Source: Syntrophales bacterium
GTDB taxonomy: Bacteria > Desulfobacterota > Syntrophia > Syntrophales > PHBD01
NCBI GenBank assembly: GCA_963668175.1
Contig: OY764159.1
Coordinates: forward strand, 3,424,001 to 3,488,000
Direction: 5' to 3'
DNA: 64,000 bases
Shown here: piece after piece, positions 1-8,851 of the stretch
Layout: each line of letters begins with the position of its first letter
Numbering within the stretch: position 1 is the first letter of the stretch
Translations under genes and position numbers: made by a program
The notes under the pieces: generated by a model
Told to the model about the DNA's origin: nothing
Databases searched by the model: none
Seen by the model: the letters and a program-made list of their open reading frames with translations, nothing else

Positions 1-807
1 TGCATAAGCGGCAAGACTCTTGCCCTTGAATATCCTCTTTTTGTTATTGGAGATTACACCGACTTTCATCAGGTCCATGACTGGATCCGTAAAGACGAGC
101 GAATGAATCCCCAACTCCCGCTTTGGAGAGAGATGTTTTACGAGTGCCTCATAAATCGGACCGAGGAAGAATGCGAGGCAACTCCCGTCCTCAATGACGG
201 ACGCGACATTCTCGGCCACCTTGTCAAAAACCTCGTCAACGGGCCAGCGCGGCACATAAAGAGGGGGGACCGTCGCCGTGACCAGGTGATGAAAATCGTT
301 CACGTGGATAAGCGTGTCTCCGTACGTATACGGCGTCTCCTCGCTTATCTCCCCAACAATGAGAGATGCCTTCTCAATCGCATATTTCGCCACATCGGCG
401 GACGCCCCAAGGCTGCAATAACCCTTGCCGTCCGGAGGCGTAATCCGGACAAAGGCGGCATCTATTTTCAATGAATCCGTTTGAAATAAATAGGGGACCT
501 GAGACATCTTGCAGGGGATCCCGTCGATCCGTCCGGATCTAATAGCGGCATAACCCTTCGCCGCCGAAAAAAAAGTCTTCAGGCGGTATTTTTCCGCGTA
601 ACGCTCGTCGGGCGGAATTGCATCGCCCAGGCTCAGGAGCTGAATGATATCGAGATCCGCGAGATTCTTTTGATCGGAATCCATGAGGTGCTTGATCAAT
701 GTACGCGGCTCGGCAACCCCGGTGCCGACGAAAATACTCATCCCCGGTTTGATCTCAGCGAGCACGACCGCGGGAGGTACGATCTTCTTTGCCCATCCGT
801 TTATCAT
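1..807 (-). CDS. Acetyl-CoA hydrolase/transferase family (4-hydroxybutyrate CoA-transferase-like), runs off the window edge
   Basis: Not in the ORF track. Manual translation from ATG at 807: MINGWAKKIVPPAVVLAEIKPGMSIFVGTGVAEPRTL...ITPPDGKGYCSLGASAD...TPYTYGDTLIHV...LGIHSLVFTD; open to base 1. Confidence 0.85.
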   Translation of the reverse strand, partial: MINGWAKKIVPPAVVLAEIKPGMSIFVGTGVAEPRTLIKHLMDSDQKNLADLDIIQLLSLGDAIPPDERYAEKYRLKTFFSAAKGYAAIRSGRIDGIPCKMSQVPYLFQTDSLKIDAAFVRITPPDGKGYCSLGASADVAKYAIEKASLIVGEISEETPYTYGDTLIHVNDFHHLVTATVPPLYVPRWPVDEVFDKVAENVASVIEDGSCLAFFLGPIYEALVKHLSPKRELGIHSLVFTDPVMDLMKVGVISNNKKRIFKGKSLAAYA

Positions 808-990
808 GGGGATGAGTATTATCCATCTTATGGCAAGCAGTCAAGGAGGTCGTGTGGAATATTATGACAGCCGTTGTGAAGGAATAACCATATTCAGGAT
901 CGAAGGCTGGGAAGCCGGTGTCCCAGTCCGGCTTCCCGCCTTCGTCGGATATTTTAAGAGGTGCTTTGTTATGCCGCTGAAAGCGCCTGG

Positions 991-2373
991 CTATTTCCAG
1001 CCGGACAGCGGTTCCACGACGGGATCGGCAAAAGGCTCCGTGCGATGAATAATACCTGTGGAGTAATAAGTAGAAACGTCCTTTTCGGAAAATCCTAGTA
1101 ACCCGTTCATGATATTCGTGGTGTCCTCCCCAATCGCGGGTGCACCTCTGAAGATCTGCCCCGGTGTCAATGACATCTTGGGAACGGCGCCGCCGACGCG
1201 AATGGGCACGCCCGATTGCCGGTCCACAACGGGAACATGGGATTCCCTGAGTCGATAATGCTCCTCGCTGAGCATGTCGGAGGCATTCATAATCCTGCAA
1301 CAGCCGATCTGGGCATTGTTGAGTTCTTTTTCAACTTCCAGGCGGGTTCGGGTCGAGCAGTACTCCCTCATCTTGCGGTCCAATTCCAGGCCTTTCGGCG
1401 AACTGACAGCCGCAGCATCCTTGGAGCAATTGTCGTAGCAGAATTCCTCGGGATCCAGTTTTAGGAATTTCGGCACCCTCTCATAAATGATCGGCCCGAG
1501 GGCCCCGATAAAGACATAGCCATCCTTACATTGGAAGGTGTCATAGGGTTGGAAAGTAGGTGCCTTATTGCCGGAATGGCCGCTCACTTTACCCTCTCCC
1601 GATACCCACGGCATCTGGAAACCCTGCGTGGCATGGACAGCCTCGTATTGACTGCAATCGATTACCTGTCCCCTCCCCGTCTTCTGTGCTTCCCATAAAC
1701 CCATCATGACTGCGGCCCAGCCATGGAGAGCCGTGAGGTAATCGGCTGTATATACCTTTGCACGCTGGGGCGGACCTGCCGGATCGCCCGTCACCGCTAT
1801 CATTCCACCGAAAGCCTGACCAAGGGCATCATACCCCGGTCGGCCCAGCATTTCCTCGGACCCATATTGACCATAAGTACTGACTCGCAAGATGACTAAT
1901 TTGGGATTGACTGCCAACGCCAATTCGGGAGTTATGCCGGATCTCTCGAGCGTGCCGGGTGCAGAGGACTCCATCCACACATCGGATATTTTCCAAAGGG
2001 CCATCAGGAGCTCCAGCCCCTTTGGGTCCTTGAAATTGAGGCCGAAAGACAACCTGTTTACGGCCTCATTGGCCCAGTCGCAGCCGTGGGGTCTTTTGCC
2101 TCTCGTCAGATGAGGCCCCGTTTTGCGATGGATATCACCGCCGGGTCGCTCGACGTGTATGACTTCCGCCCCAAATGAAGCCAATTTGGTCCCCGCAAAA
2201 GGCTGGGCAATGACGATACCGGAACTGACGACCCGGATGCCCTGTAAGGGGCCGAATTTAGGTATGAGCATGGGTGTCTCAGGCCTCTTTATGTTCTTGA
2301 TCCAGTCCGGGATAGTCTGTTTTATCTCTTCGATCTGATCCTCATACTTAACGAGACGTTTGTCGTGATTCAT
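991..2373 (-). CDS. Family III CoA-transferase (CaiB/BaiF)
   Basis: GPLQGIRVV..IAQPFAG..FGAEVIHVERPGGD, catalytic RPGYD motif, PYDTFQCKDG, GAPAIGEDT. Confidence 0.93.
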   Translation of the reverse strand: MNHDKRLVKYEDQIEEIKQTIPDWIKNIKRPETPMLIPKFGPLQGIRVVSSGIVIAQPFAGTKLASFGAEVIHVERPGGDIHRKTGPHLTRGKRPHGCDWANEAVNRLSFGLNFKDPKGLELLMALWKISDVWMESSAPGTLERSGITPELALAVNPKLVILRVSTYGQYGSEEMLGRPGYDALGQAFGGMIAVTGDPAGPPQRAKVYTADYLTALHGWAAVMMGLWEAQKTGRGQVIDCSQYEAVHATQGFQMPWVSGEGKVSGHSGNKAPTFQPYDTFQCKDGYVFIGALGPIIYERVPKFLKLDPEEFCYDNCSKDAAAVSSPKGLELDRKMREYCSTRTRLEVEKELNNAQIGCCRIMNASDMLSEEHYRLRESHVPVVDRQSGVPIRVGGAVPKMSLTPGQIFRGAPAIGEDTTNIMNGLLGFSEKDVSTYYSTGIIHRTEPFADPVVEPLSGWK

Positions 2374-2487
2374 TACTGTTATCCTCCTTTTAAAAGTAAG
2401 TTTTGTCCCCTGTTTTTAATTGCCAATAGTTCGTCTATCTAAAATGTTCTCACCTCCTTATTTTGAACTTTGGGTCGGCATGCTGAA

Positions 2488-2597
2488 TCGCGGGGCAATA
2501 AAAAAAGGGACGGCAGTAGAGTGGTGGCTCCACCAAACCGTCCCTTAATTATTCTTGCGTCCCTTACAGATTGGCCAATCTGCTCAGGAACCCCGCT
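2488..2597 (-). promoter_or_regulatory. Structured leader with intrinsic terminator (candidate attenuator) upstream of the CaiB gene
   Basis: Palindrome CAGATTGGCCAATCTG (2567-2582). Stem AAGGGACGG/CCGTCCCTT (2505-2513/2538-2546) followed by a U-run on the minus strand. GCGGGG/CCCCGC (2490-2495/2591-2596) encloses both. Confidence 0.55.
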
Positions 2598-2599
2598 AT

Positions 2600-3343
2600 T
2601 TATCCTTCTGTTACACCCTGTATAAATTCCATGACATTCCGTCCCAGTACCTTTTGATTGTAGCCGCCTTCCATAACCGCAAAACAGCCTGCTCTATTTT
2701 TCTTACTTGCCTTTTTGATTAATTTTCCGATCTCCCCGTAATGCTCCGTGGAAAGAACTCCACCCCAGTCGTCCTTATGGCTGTCAAATCCCGCCGAGAT
2801 GCCGATAATATCGAAATGATATGAAAGCGCTTCTTTCAGCACGCCAAGATAGGAATCGGGATCTCGTTCGCTCGGATTGTATATTGTCGTGTAACCTTTT
2901 GTTCCAAGAATATTTATCGTTCCATCACCGTCGTGATGATCGATATCCAGTACAAAAGCTCTCCTGATTTTTCTTTGCTCCTTGAGTTTCGCGATCGCTA
3001 TGGCGATGTTGTTAAAATAACAATAACCCCAGGAGAAGTCGGATGATGCATGGTGGCCTGGTGGTCTCACAAGTGCGAAACACGGCTCTTCCAAACCGAC
3101 GTTTGCAGCCTGAATAGAAGCCCCTGCTGCCAACGCGGCGATATCGTAATGCCCCATCCGAGAGACGTTTTGTATATGTTCAGCCGTATGGCAGGCCGCG
3201 ATATCGCTGTATTCTGCGGATTCTGCTTCAATAAATTCCACCTTGTCTCTGATAGCTTCCAGGACACAATCCATGCGGCGCTCTTCGGCAGCGGGTTCAA
3301 GGCTGTACGATTTCCTGAAGTCCCGATGAAATATTACCTTCAT
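2600..3343 (-). CDS. Histone deacetylase superfamily protein
   Basis: RPPGHHA, GYCYFNNIAIA, LDIDHHDGDGT, SAGFD, MEGGY motifs. Confidence 0.93.
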   Translation of the reverse strand: MKVIFHRDFRKSYSLEPAAEERRMDCVLEAIRDKVEFIEAESAEYSDIAACHTAEHIQNVSRMGHYDIAALAAGASIQAANVGLEEPCFALVRPPGHHASSDFSWGYCYFNNIAIAIAKLKEQRKIRRAFVLDIDHHDGDGTINILGTKGYTTIYNPSERDPDSYLGVLKEALSYHFDIIGISAGFDSHKDDWGGVLSTEHYGEIGKLIKKASKKNRAGCFAVMEGGYNQKVLGRNVMEFIQGVTEG

Positions 3344-3714
3344 AGATCTCCTGCAAATCTCACTTTCGTATTTCGATTTGTCGTTAGGTAATAAGGGTTT
3401 ATTGATCGTTAATCAATATTAAAAGATATTTACATTTATTTGTTAATACGGATTAATATTAATATTTAAGAATGTTATAATTTTAGATATAAGATAAGTA
3501 TAATTATTTAGAATATAGATATAAATGCGGTCACTTACAGAATCGGCAATTGGGTGGACTACGTGGAATCTCAACAGGTAAGAAATTATCCAGCATGAAA
3601 CTGTCGTCCGAACATCAGGTCGGCACGGCTGGGTTAGCTATGCCCGAAACAGGAAAGGTGCATTGATAAATCTCAATTGAAGATTGAACAGTTCTTACGG
3701 GGGCGTTGAAGAGT

Positions 3715-4526
3715 GCGCAGCGATTCGGGAACCGAGGTGCAGGGGCTCGCCCCGGAACCGCGGTGAAGGAATGGCGAAGAACTCGCTTCCCGGATACGCT
3801 TCAGACCGCAGAGATCCACCCTGATTGCCCTTACCCTCTACCACTTGGATTACGGGCCCGGGCTGACCAACGTCATGCGAGCAGTGCGAGGCTGACGGGC
3901 GTCATGACGGACAATGCAACAAGACCGTGACAAAAGAGACGCCGGGTCTTGAAACGCCCCGTCTTGAGACCCAGAGGCACTTCAGGAGAAGGGCGAGCTG
4001 CAGCGAACCGGGGTAAAGCCCGGTAGAGACTGCGAGCCATTATTGCTTCAGCAAGAATTCGATGACGCAGTTGAGACGCAGGAGCTTGTGACGAAGGAGC
4101 AATGCGGCTTCGACTTTGCACCGAAGTGACCCGCAGGCCTCCACCAGAGGCCAGTCTTCGGCGCGGCCTGCTATCCTGGGATTCGACCCGCCTAGCCTGG
4201 CTGCGCAGGGGTGAAGCGTACCCGCGGTCCCCACCGAAGGGCAGCGAGCCCCGGAGCAATGACCCAGTGCGTCGCCTTCAGGCGTATGAGCTGGAGAAGC
4301 GCCGGGCGGGCGGGAAGCCCTGCAGGGGATGATCCCGGCCTCTGAGTTAGTCCAGCGAGAATCGAAGGTTCGAGCATGGCCGTGCTCAGAGGATCAGAAG
4401 GGCCGATAGGCCGGTGAACCTCTTGCAAAGAAGAGGGAGACGGCCGGTTCAGGTCATACTTCAGGTCGGATATGAGTCGGATTGAAGCTGAATCCATGTC
4501 TGACCTGAGTGAAAGGGAAACTTAGG
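3715..4526 (+). ncRNA. Candidate large structured non-coding RNA or mobile-element remnant
   Basis: GC-rich, no credible ORF, many stems with G-U pairs favouring the + strand (3944-3972, 4371-4388, 4461-4508, 4504-4526). Confidence 0.3.
4350..4405 (+). repeat. ~56-bp direct repeat, copy 1 (copy 2 at 8765-8820)
   Basis: GTCCAGyGAGAATyGrAsGTTCGAGCATGGCCGTGCTCAGAGGATCmGmAGGGCCG is shared between the two sites. Confidence 0.85.
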
Positions 4527-4649
4527 CAAATAAATAACATCCTGAAAGGTTTTATTGAGAATATTACATTTCTATGCGAGATTATGACTTGTAATGATTC
4601 ACGATAATTAACGCAATCAGTGGTTTAATACAGGTGTTATGATTATTGT

Positions 4650-7424
4650 TTGCTGCCGCAAGGACAGCAAAAAGGAACATTCTTGAAGCCTTCAAGCCAC
4701 TCTGAGGAACAGCCTTGGACGCCCGACCGCTGGAGCCGGCTGGCCTGGTTGCCGATCCCCGTGCTATTGGCTGCGATCATTGCCGCGTGGATGACGGGGC
4801 TGCGCGAGACCTATGAATCTCACCTGCTGCTCCTCTTCTTGAGTTTTACATTCTACACGTTGGTCTCGTTGGGCACCCTCTATATTATCGGACGTAGTTT
4901 CCTTGGGTTGGGCTCACCGGGACTTTTGTTCCTGGAGTGCGGGGTGATCCTATGGAGCCTGGCCGGCACGATTGGAGACTTTGTCTCCCATGGTGACGCG
5001 AATATCAACGTTACCATCTTCAATGCCAGCATTTTGCTCGCAGGGCTATGCCATCTGGCGGGCACTATCCTTTCACTCAGGCCTAGGCAAGTTATCCGTG
5101 CAAAGACTCTGTGGCTGGTGGTAGGGTGGGCGGTCTCCCTGGTTGCGCTGTGGCTGGTCTCCCAAGCGGCACTGATGGGGTGGCTGCCAGTCTTTTTCAT
5201 CCCCGGCCAGGGAGGCACACCAGTACGTTACATCGTGTTAACTGCGGCCATCGCCATGTTCGTGCTTTCCGCCGGCCTGCTGAAGGCTAACCAGCGCACG
5301 GCACTCCTCCCATTCACCTCATGGTACGCTCTTGCCCTCCTGATGCTTGCGGTGGGGCTGTTCGGCGTGATGATCCAACTGTCCCTGGGCAGCGTCGTGA
5401 ATTGGCTCTCCCGGACTGCGCAGTGGCTGGGCGGGGTCTATCTGCTTTTAGCCGCCTTTTTTTCGCTTCGTACATCCCGGCTCCCGCTTCTTCCACTGCA
5501 GAGCGAGTCCAAGCCTGCGTACTACCGGGACGCCGTGGCTATGGCCATCGTGATCGCCGCGGCTGCCATCCGCCTGACCTTCCTTCCGGCACTGGGAACG
5601 CATGCCCCTTTTGTGACATTCTACCCTGCCGTGATCTTCGCCTCCATATATGGCGGCCTGCGCGCGGGCCTTCTGGCAACAGCCCTATCGGCGCTATTCG
5701 TCTGCTACTTCTGGATGGACCCGGCGGGCCCGCTCTCCATCAGGCAGACTCCCGACTGGCTGGCGATGGCTGTCTTCCTGTTGACCGGCGCGATGATCGC
5801 CGGCGTCTCGGATGCCATGAACCGCGCCCAAGCCCGCGCCTTTGCGGCGGAAAAGCAGGCCCTGCTCGCCGGCGAACGCGCCGCGGCGGCGGAGGCTCTG
5901 CAGGCAAGCCGCGCCAAGCTGGAGGCGGCCCTGGCCAGCATGACGGATGCCGTCTCCATCTATGATGTGGAGGGGCGCATGATCGAATTCAACGACGCCT
6001 TTACGGCTTTCTACCGCTTCAGGAGCCGGGATGATTGTGCCCGGACACTGGCCGAGCATCCGGACATTATTGAAGTATGCATGGCCGACGGGACATTGGA
6101 GCCGCAGGATCAACGGGCGGTTCTCAGGGCACTGCGAGGCGAGACGGCAACGAACGCTGAGTACACCCTGCGCCGTAAGGACACAGGCGAAACCTGGGTC
6201 GGGAGCTGCAGCTTCTCCCCCATTCGCGGCCAGGACGGCGCGATCGCCGGAGCGGTTATGGCTTGCCGCGACATAACCGAGCGTAAGAGGATCGCTAAGG
6301 AGCTCCAGCGACAGCGTGAATGGCTGCGCGTTACACTGGGAAGTATCGGTGACGCCATCATCGCCACCGACACGGAAGGCAAGGTCACGTTTCTGAATAC
6401 CGTCGCCGAGGCCCTGACCGGTTGGCCGCTCCCGGAGGCTAAGGCACGGCCCGTGACGGAGGTATTCAACATCGTCAATGAACACACCCGACAAACCGTC
6501 GAGAGCCCTGTCGCCAGGGTCCTTAAGGAAGGCATGATCGTCGGCCTCGCCAACCATACCATCCTGATAAGAAGAGACGGAACCGAAGTCCCCATCGACG
6601 ACAGCGGCGCTCCCATCCGGGACGCAGGCGGTAATACCCTGGGCGTTGTCCTTGTCTTCCGCGATATAACTGAACGCAAACGGGTGGAAAAGGCCATTCA
6701 GGAACATGCGGCCCAGCTGGAAGATGCCAACAAGGAACTGGAGAGCTTCAGCTACACCATCTCCCACGATCTGCGCTCGCCGCTCCGTGCCATTGACGGA
6801 TATTCGCGGATCATCCTTAAGAACCATGGGGAGGAGTTTAATGAAGCTACGTTAAGGAATTTCAATGCAATCAGGGCGAACGCCCAGAGGATGGGCCAGC
6901 TCATCGACGACCTTTTGAACTTCTCGCGGTTGAGCAGGGCAAACCTTTCGCTTACGGAACTGGACATGGAGAACCTTTTTCAGGAAGCATGGAAAGAGGT
7001 GTTGGATCATAGCGGCGATCGCCGGGGGGACTGGCGGTTTACGGACATTCCCCGAGGTCTGGGCGACCGGGCGCTTATCAAACAGGTGGTCGGGAACCTC
7101 CTGGCCAACGCCCTCAAGTTCTCTTCGGTGCGCCCTGAAGTGGTCATCGAAACGGGTGGCTACCGGAACTGCAACGAGTGTGTCTACTATGTGAAGGACA
7201 ACGGGGTCGGTTTTGACATGCAGTACCACGACAAGATCTTCGGCGTTTTCCAGCGGCTGCACACGGAGGAGGAATTTGAAGGCACCGGAGTGGGCCTCGC
7301 CATCGTCCAGCGGATCGTCCACCGCCACGGTGGTCGAGTTTGGGCGGAAGGAAAGGAAGGAGAAGGAGCGACTTTTTATTTTACCCTGCCGTTATCAGAC
7401 AGCCAGGACGTTGAACTCACATGA
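4650..7424 (+). CDS. Membrane sensor histidine kinase (multi-TM region, DUF4118-like, 2 PAS, HisKA, HATPase)
   Basis: Hydrophobic N-terminal half; PAS/PAC (RDITERKR); H-box SYTISHDLRSPL; DNGVGF and GTGVGL boxes. Confidence 0.93.
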   Translation: MLPQGQQKGTFLKPSSHSEEQPWTPDRWSRLAWLPIPVLLAAIIAAWMTGLRETYESHLLLLFLSFTFYTLVSLGTLYIIGRSFLGLGSPGLLFLECGVILWSLAGTIGDFVSHGDANINVTIFNASILLAGLCHLAGTILSLRPRQVIRAKTLWLVVGWAVSLVALWLVSQAALMGWLPVFFIPGQGGTPVRYIVLTAAIAMFVLSAGLLKANQRTALLPFTSWYALALLMLAVGLFGVMIQLSLGSVVNWLSRTAQWLGGVYLLLAAFFSLRTSRLPLLPLQSESKPAYYRDAVAMAIVIAAAAIRLTFLPALGTHAPFVTFYPAVIFASIYGGLRAGLLATALSALFVCYFWMDPAGPLSIRQTPDWLAMAVFLLTGAMIAGVSDAMNRAQARAFAAEKQALLAGERAAAAEALQASRAKLEAALASMTDAVSIYDVEGRMIEFNDAFTAFYRFRSRDDCARTLAEHPDIIEVCMADGTLEPQDQRAVLRALRGETATNAEYTLRRKDTGETWVGSCSFSPIRGQDGAIAGAVMACRDITERKRIAKELQRQREWLRVTLGSIGDAIIATDTEGKVTFLNTVAEALTGWPLPEAKARPVTEVFNIVNEHTRQTVESPVARVLKEGMIVGLANHTILIRRDGTEVPIDDSGAPIRDAGGNTLGVVLVFRDITERKRVEKAIQEHAAQLEDANKELESFSYTISHDLRSPLRAIDGYSRIILKNHGEEFNEATLRNFNAIRANAQRMGQLIDDLLNFSRLSRANLSLTELDMENLFQEAWKEVLDHSGDRRGDWRFTDIPRGLGDRALIKQVVGNLLANALKFSSVRPEVVIETGGYRNCNECVYYVKDNGVGFDMQYHDKIFGVFQRLHTEEEFEGTGVGLAIVQRIVHRHGGRVWAEGKEGEGATFYFTLPLSDSQDVELT

Positions 7425-7745
7425 CCGCCGATGAAACAGTGTGGGCCTTACGCGAAGCGTTATATGTTATGTTGTATCTTGAGTTCCCTGTTTCTTCCGA
7501 CAGAAAGGATTTTATATAACTAAGATATGCTTTCCTTTGCCCAGTATGACATCGGATCAGGCAGGGGCTGACCGATGGCATAGAGGGCTTTCATCAAGGC
7601 CTCAAAGTTCTCGCTTCCACTCTTGCCCTTGTCGGTCTGCAGCAGTAACACCCGTGCGAGTTTTCCGTCCCACCCTAATCATTGGGAATGAGCTTATCCC
7701 CGGAGGACTTTCATGAGAAGGCGGCCGTCGCCGAGGGCACCTCGA

Positions 7746-8438
7746 CTATTCAGGTCTGGCTTTCCTGCCGGCTTTCTTCACCTCCCGATCGCTTTCTTCC
7801 TTCTCTTCCGTTTTCGTCACGGCATTGGACGGCACGTAGGCTTTCAGGAGCCGGAAACCGGCATCGGCCTGCTTCCTGGAGAAGGAAAGATTGGCAGTAA
7901 CGAACGCATCGCGAAGTTCCCCACAAGCGTCAATCAAGGTTTCCAAAGCCTGCATTCGGTCTCCCCGGGCGGTAATGAATTCTTGATACGCCTTGATCAT
8001 ATTCTGCAGGCAATCATGACAATCGCGATAAAGATCCTGTGCATCCTTTCTCCAGCTATCAAAGAAAGACTTCATTTCCGCCGTGACCCGGGATGGATAT
8101 CCTTTCGGATAGAAATCCTCGATTTTGAGCTGCGGCCAATTCTTGAACACATTCTCGGCGAAGGACGTTTCATCGAACGTCGACGTACCAGTCTTTTGAT
8201 AAGGTTTGAAGAATGCTTCCAGGATTTCCTGTCCGCCGTTCCCGAAGCCCTTCTGCCAAGTCTTCGCGATATCATCATAGTTGCCGTATATGACTTTATG
8301 GGCTGTATCCGAGATCCATTGCATAGTATTTCTGTAAAGGGCGAAACCGTCCACTGTATTACCGATGCCTTCACTCGTTAAATAGGTGAACGGCCATAAT
8401 ACCTGAGATGTGTTCGACTGTGCTTCTTTTTCATTCAT
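7746..8438 (-). CDS. Hypothetical helical protein
   Basis: Likely start MNEKEAQ at 8438 after AAAGGA; charged C-terminal tail; no motif recognised. Confidence 0.6.
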   Translation of the reverse strand: MNEKEAQSNTSQVLWPFTYLTSEGIGNTVDGFALYRNTMQWISDTAHKVIYGNYDDIAKTWQKGFGNGGQEILEAFFKPYQKTGTSTFDETSFAENVFKNWPQLKIEDFYPKGYPSRVTAEMKSFFDSWRKDAQDLYRDCHDCLQNMIKAYQEFITARGDRMQALETLIDACGELRDAFVTANLSFSRKQADAGFRLLKAYVPSNAVTKTEEKEESDREVKKAGRKARPE

Positions 8439-8764
8439 TGCGGATCGTCCTTTCATTCCTGAAATGTTTGGGATTGGAAGCGATAATATCCGGCCTCTTC
8501 CTGCACCAGTTTCCAACTGCCGCCGGACAAGTAATATGATCAATCTGGAGAAAAAGCAGACCGTGTCCCGGCGGTTCTTTTCTTTAAATATTATTACAAT
8601 AAAGACGGAAAACAATGGTTACAAATTGATGAAAGAATGGGAGGTGAAAGCACCATATACAAATTTGATACAGCAGGAAAAGAAAGATCCCTTTGAATTT
8701 CTAATAGGCAAAAGCGTGTGAGCAAATTGGCGGCTGCGCTCTCGACGTCCTGCCTGCTGAGCCC

Positions 8765-8820
8765 GTCCAGTGAGAATTGGACGTTCGAGCATGGCCGTGC
8801 TCAGAGGATCCGCAGGGCCG
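8765..8820 (+). repeat. ~56-bp direct repeat, copy 2
   Basis: Matches 4350-4405 and contains the GAGCATGGCCGTGCTC hairpin. Confidence 0.85.
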
Positions 8821-8851
8821 GTGATGCATGTCTTAATAATATGGGTCTTCG

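Noticed and set aside
2540..2597. c-di-GMP-I riboswitch (words GGGACGCAA and TAGCGGGGTT)
   Set aside because: The words are in the wrong order, and there is no GGCAAAC or GNRA-capped P2.
3713..4510. Group II intron (GTGCG present)
   Set aside because: No recognisable domain V and no reverse transcriptase ORF.
4524..4565. c-di-GMP-I riboswitch (GGCAAA...GAAA hairpin)
   Set aside because: No downstream GACGCAAAGC or P3 stem.
7520..7680. Gene fragment on the minus strand (GWDGKLARVLLLQTDKGKSGSENFEALMKALY...)
   Set aside because: Coding-like, but it has no start and I recognise no family, so it cannot be supported without a search.
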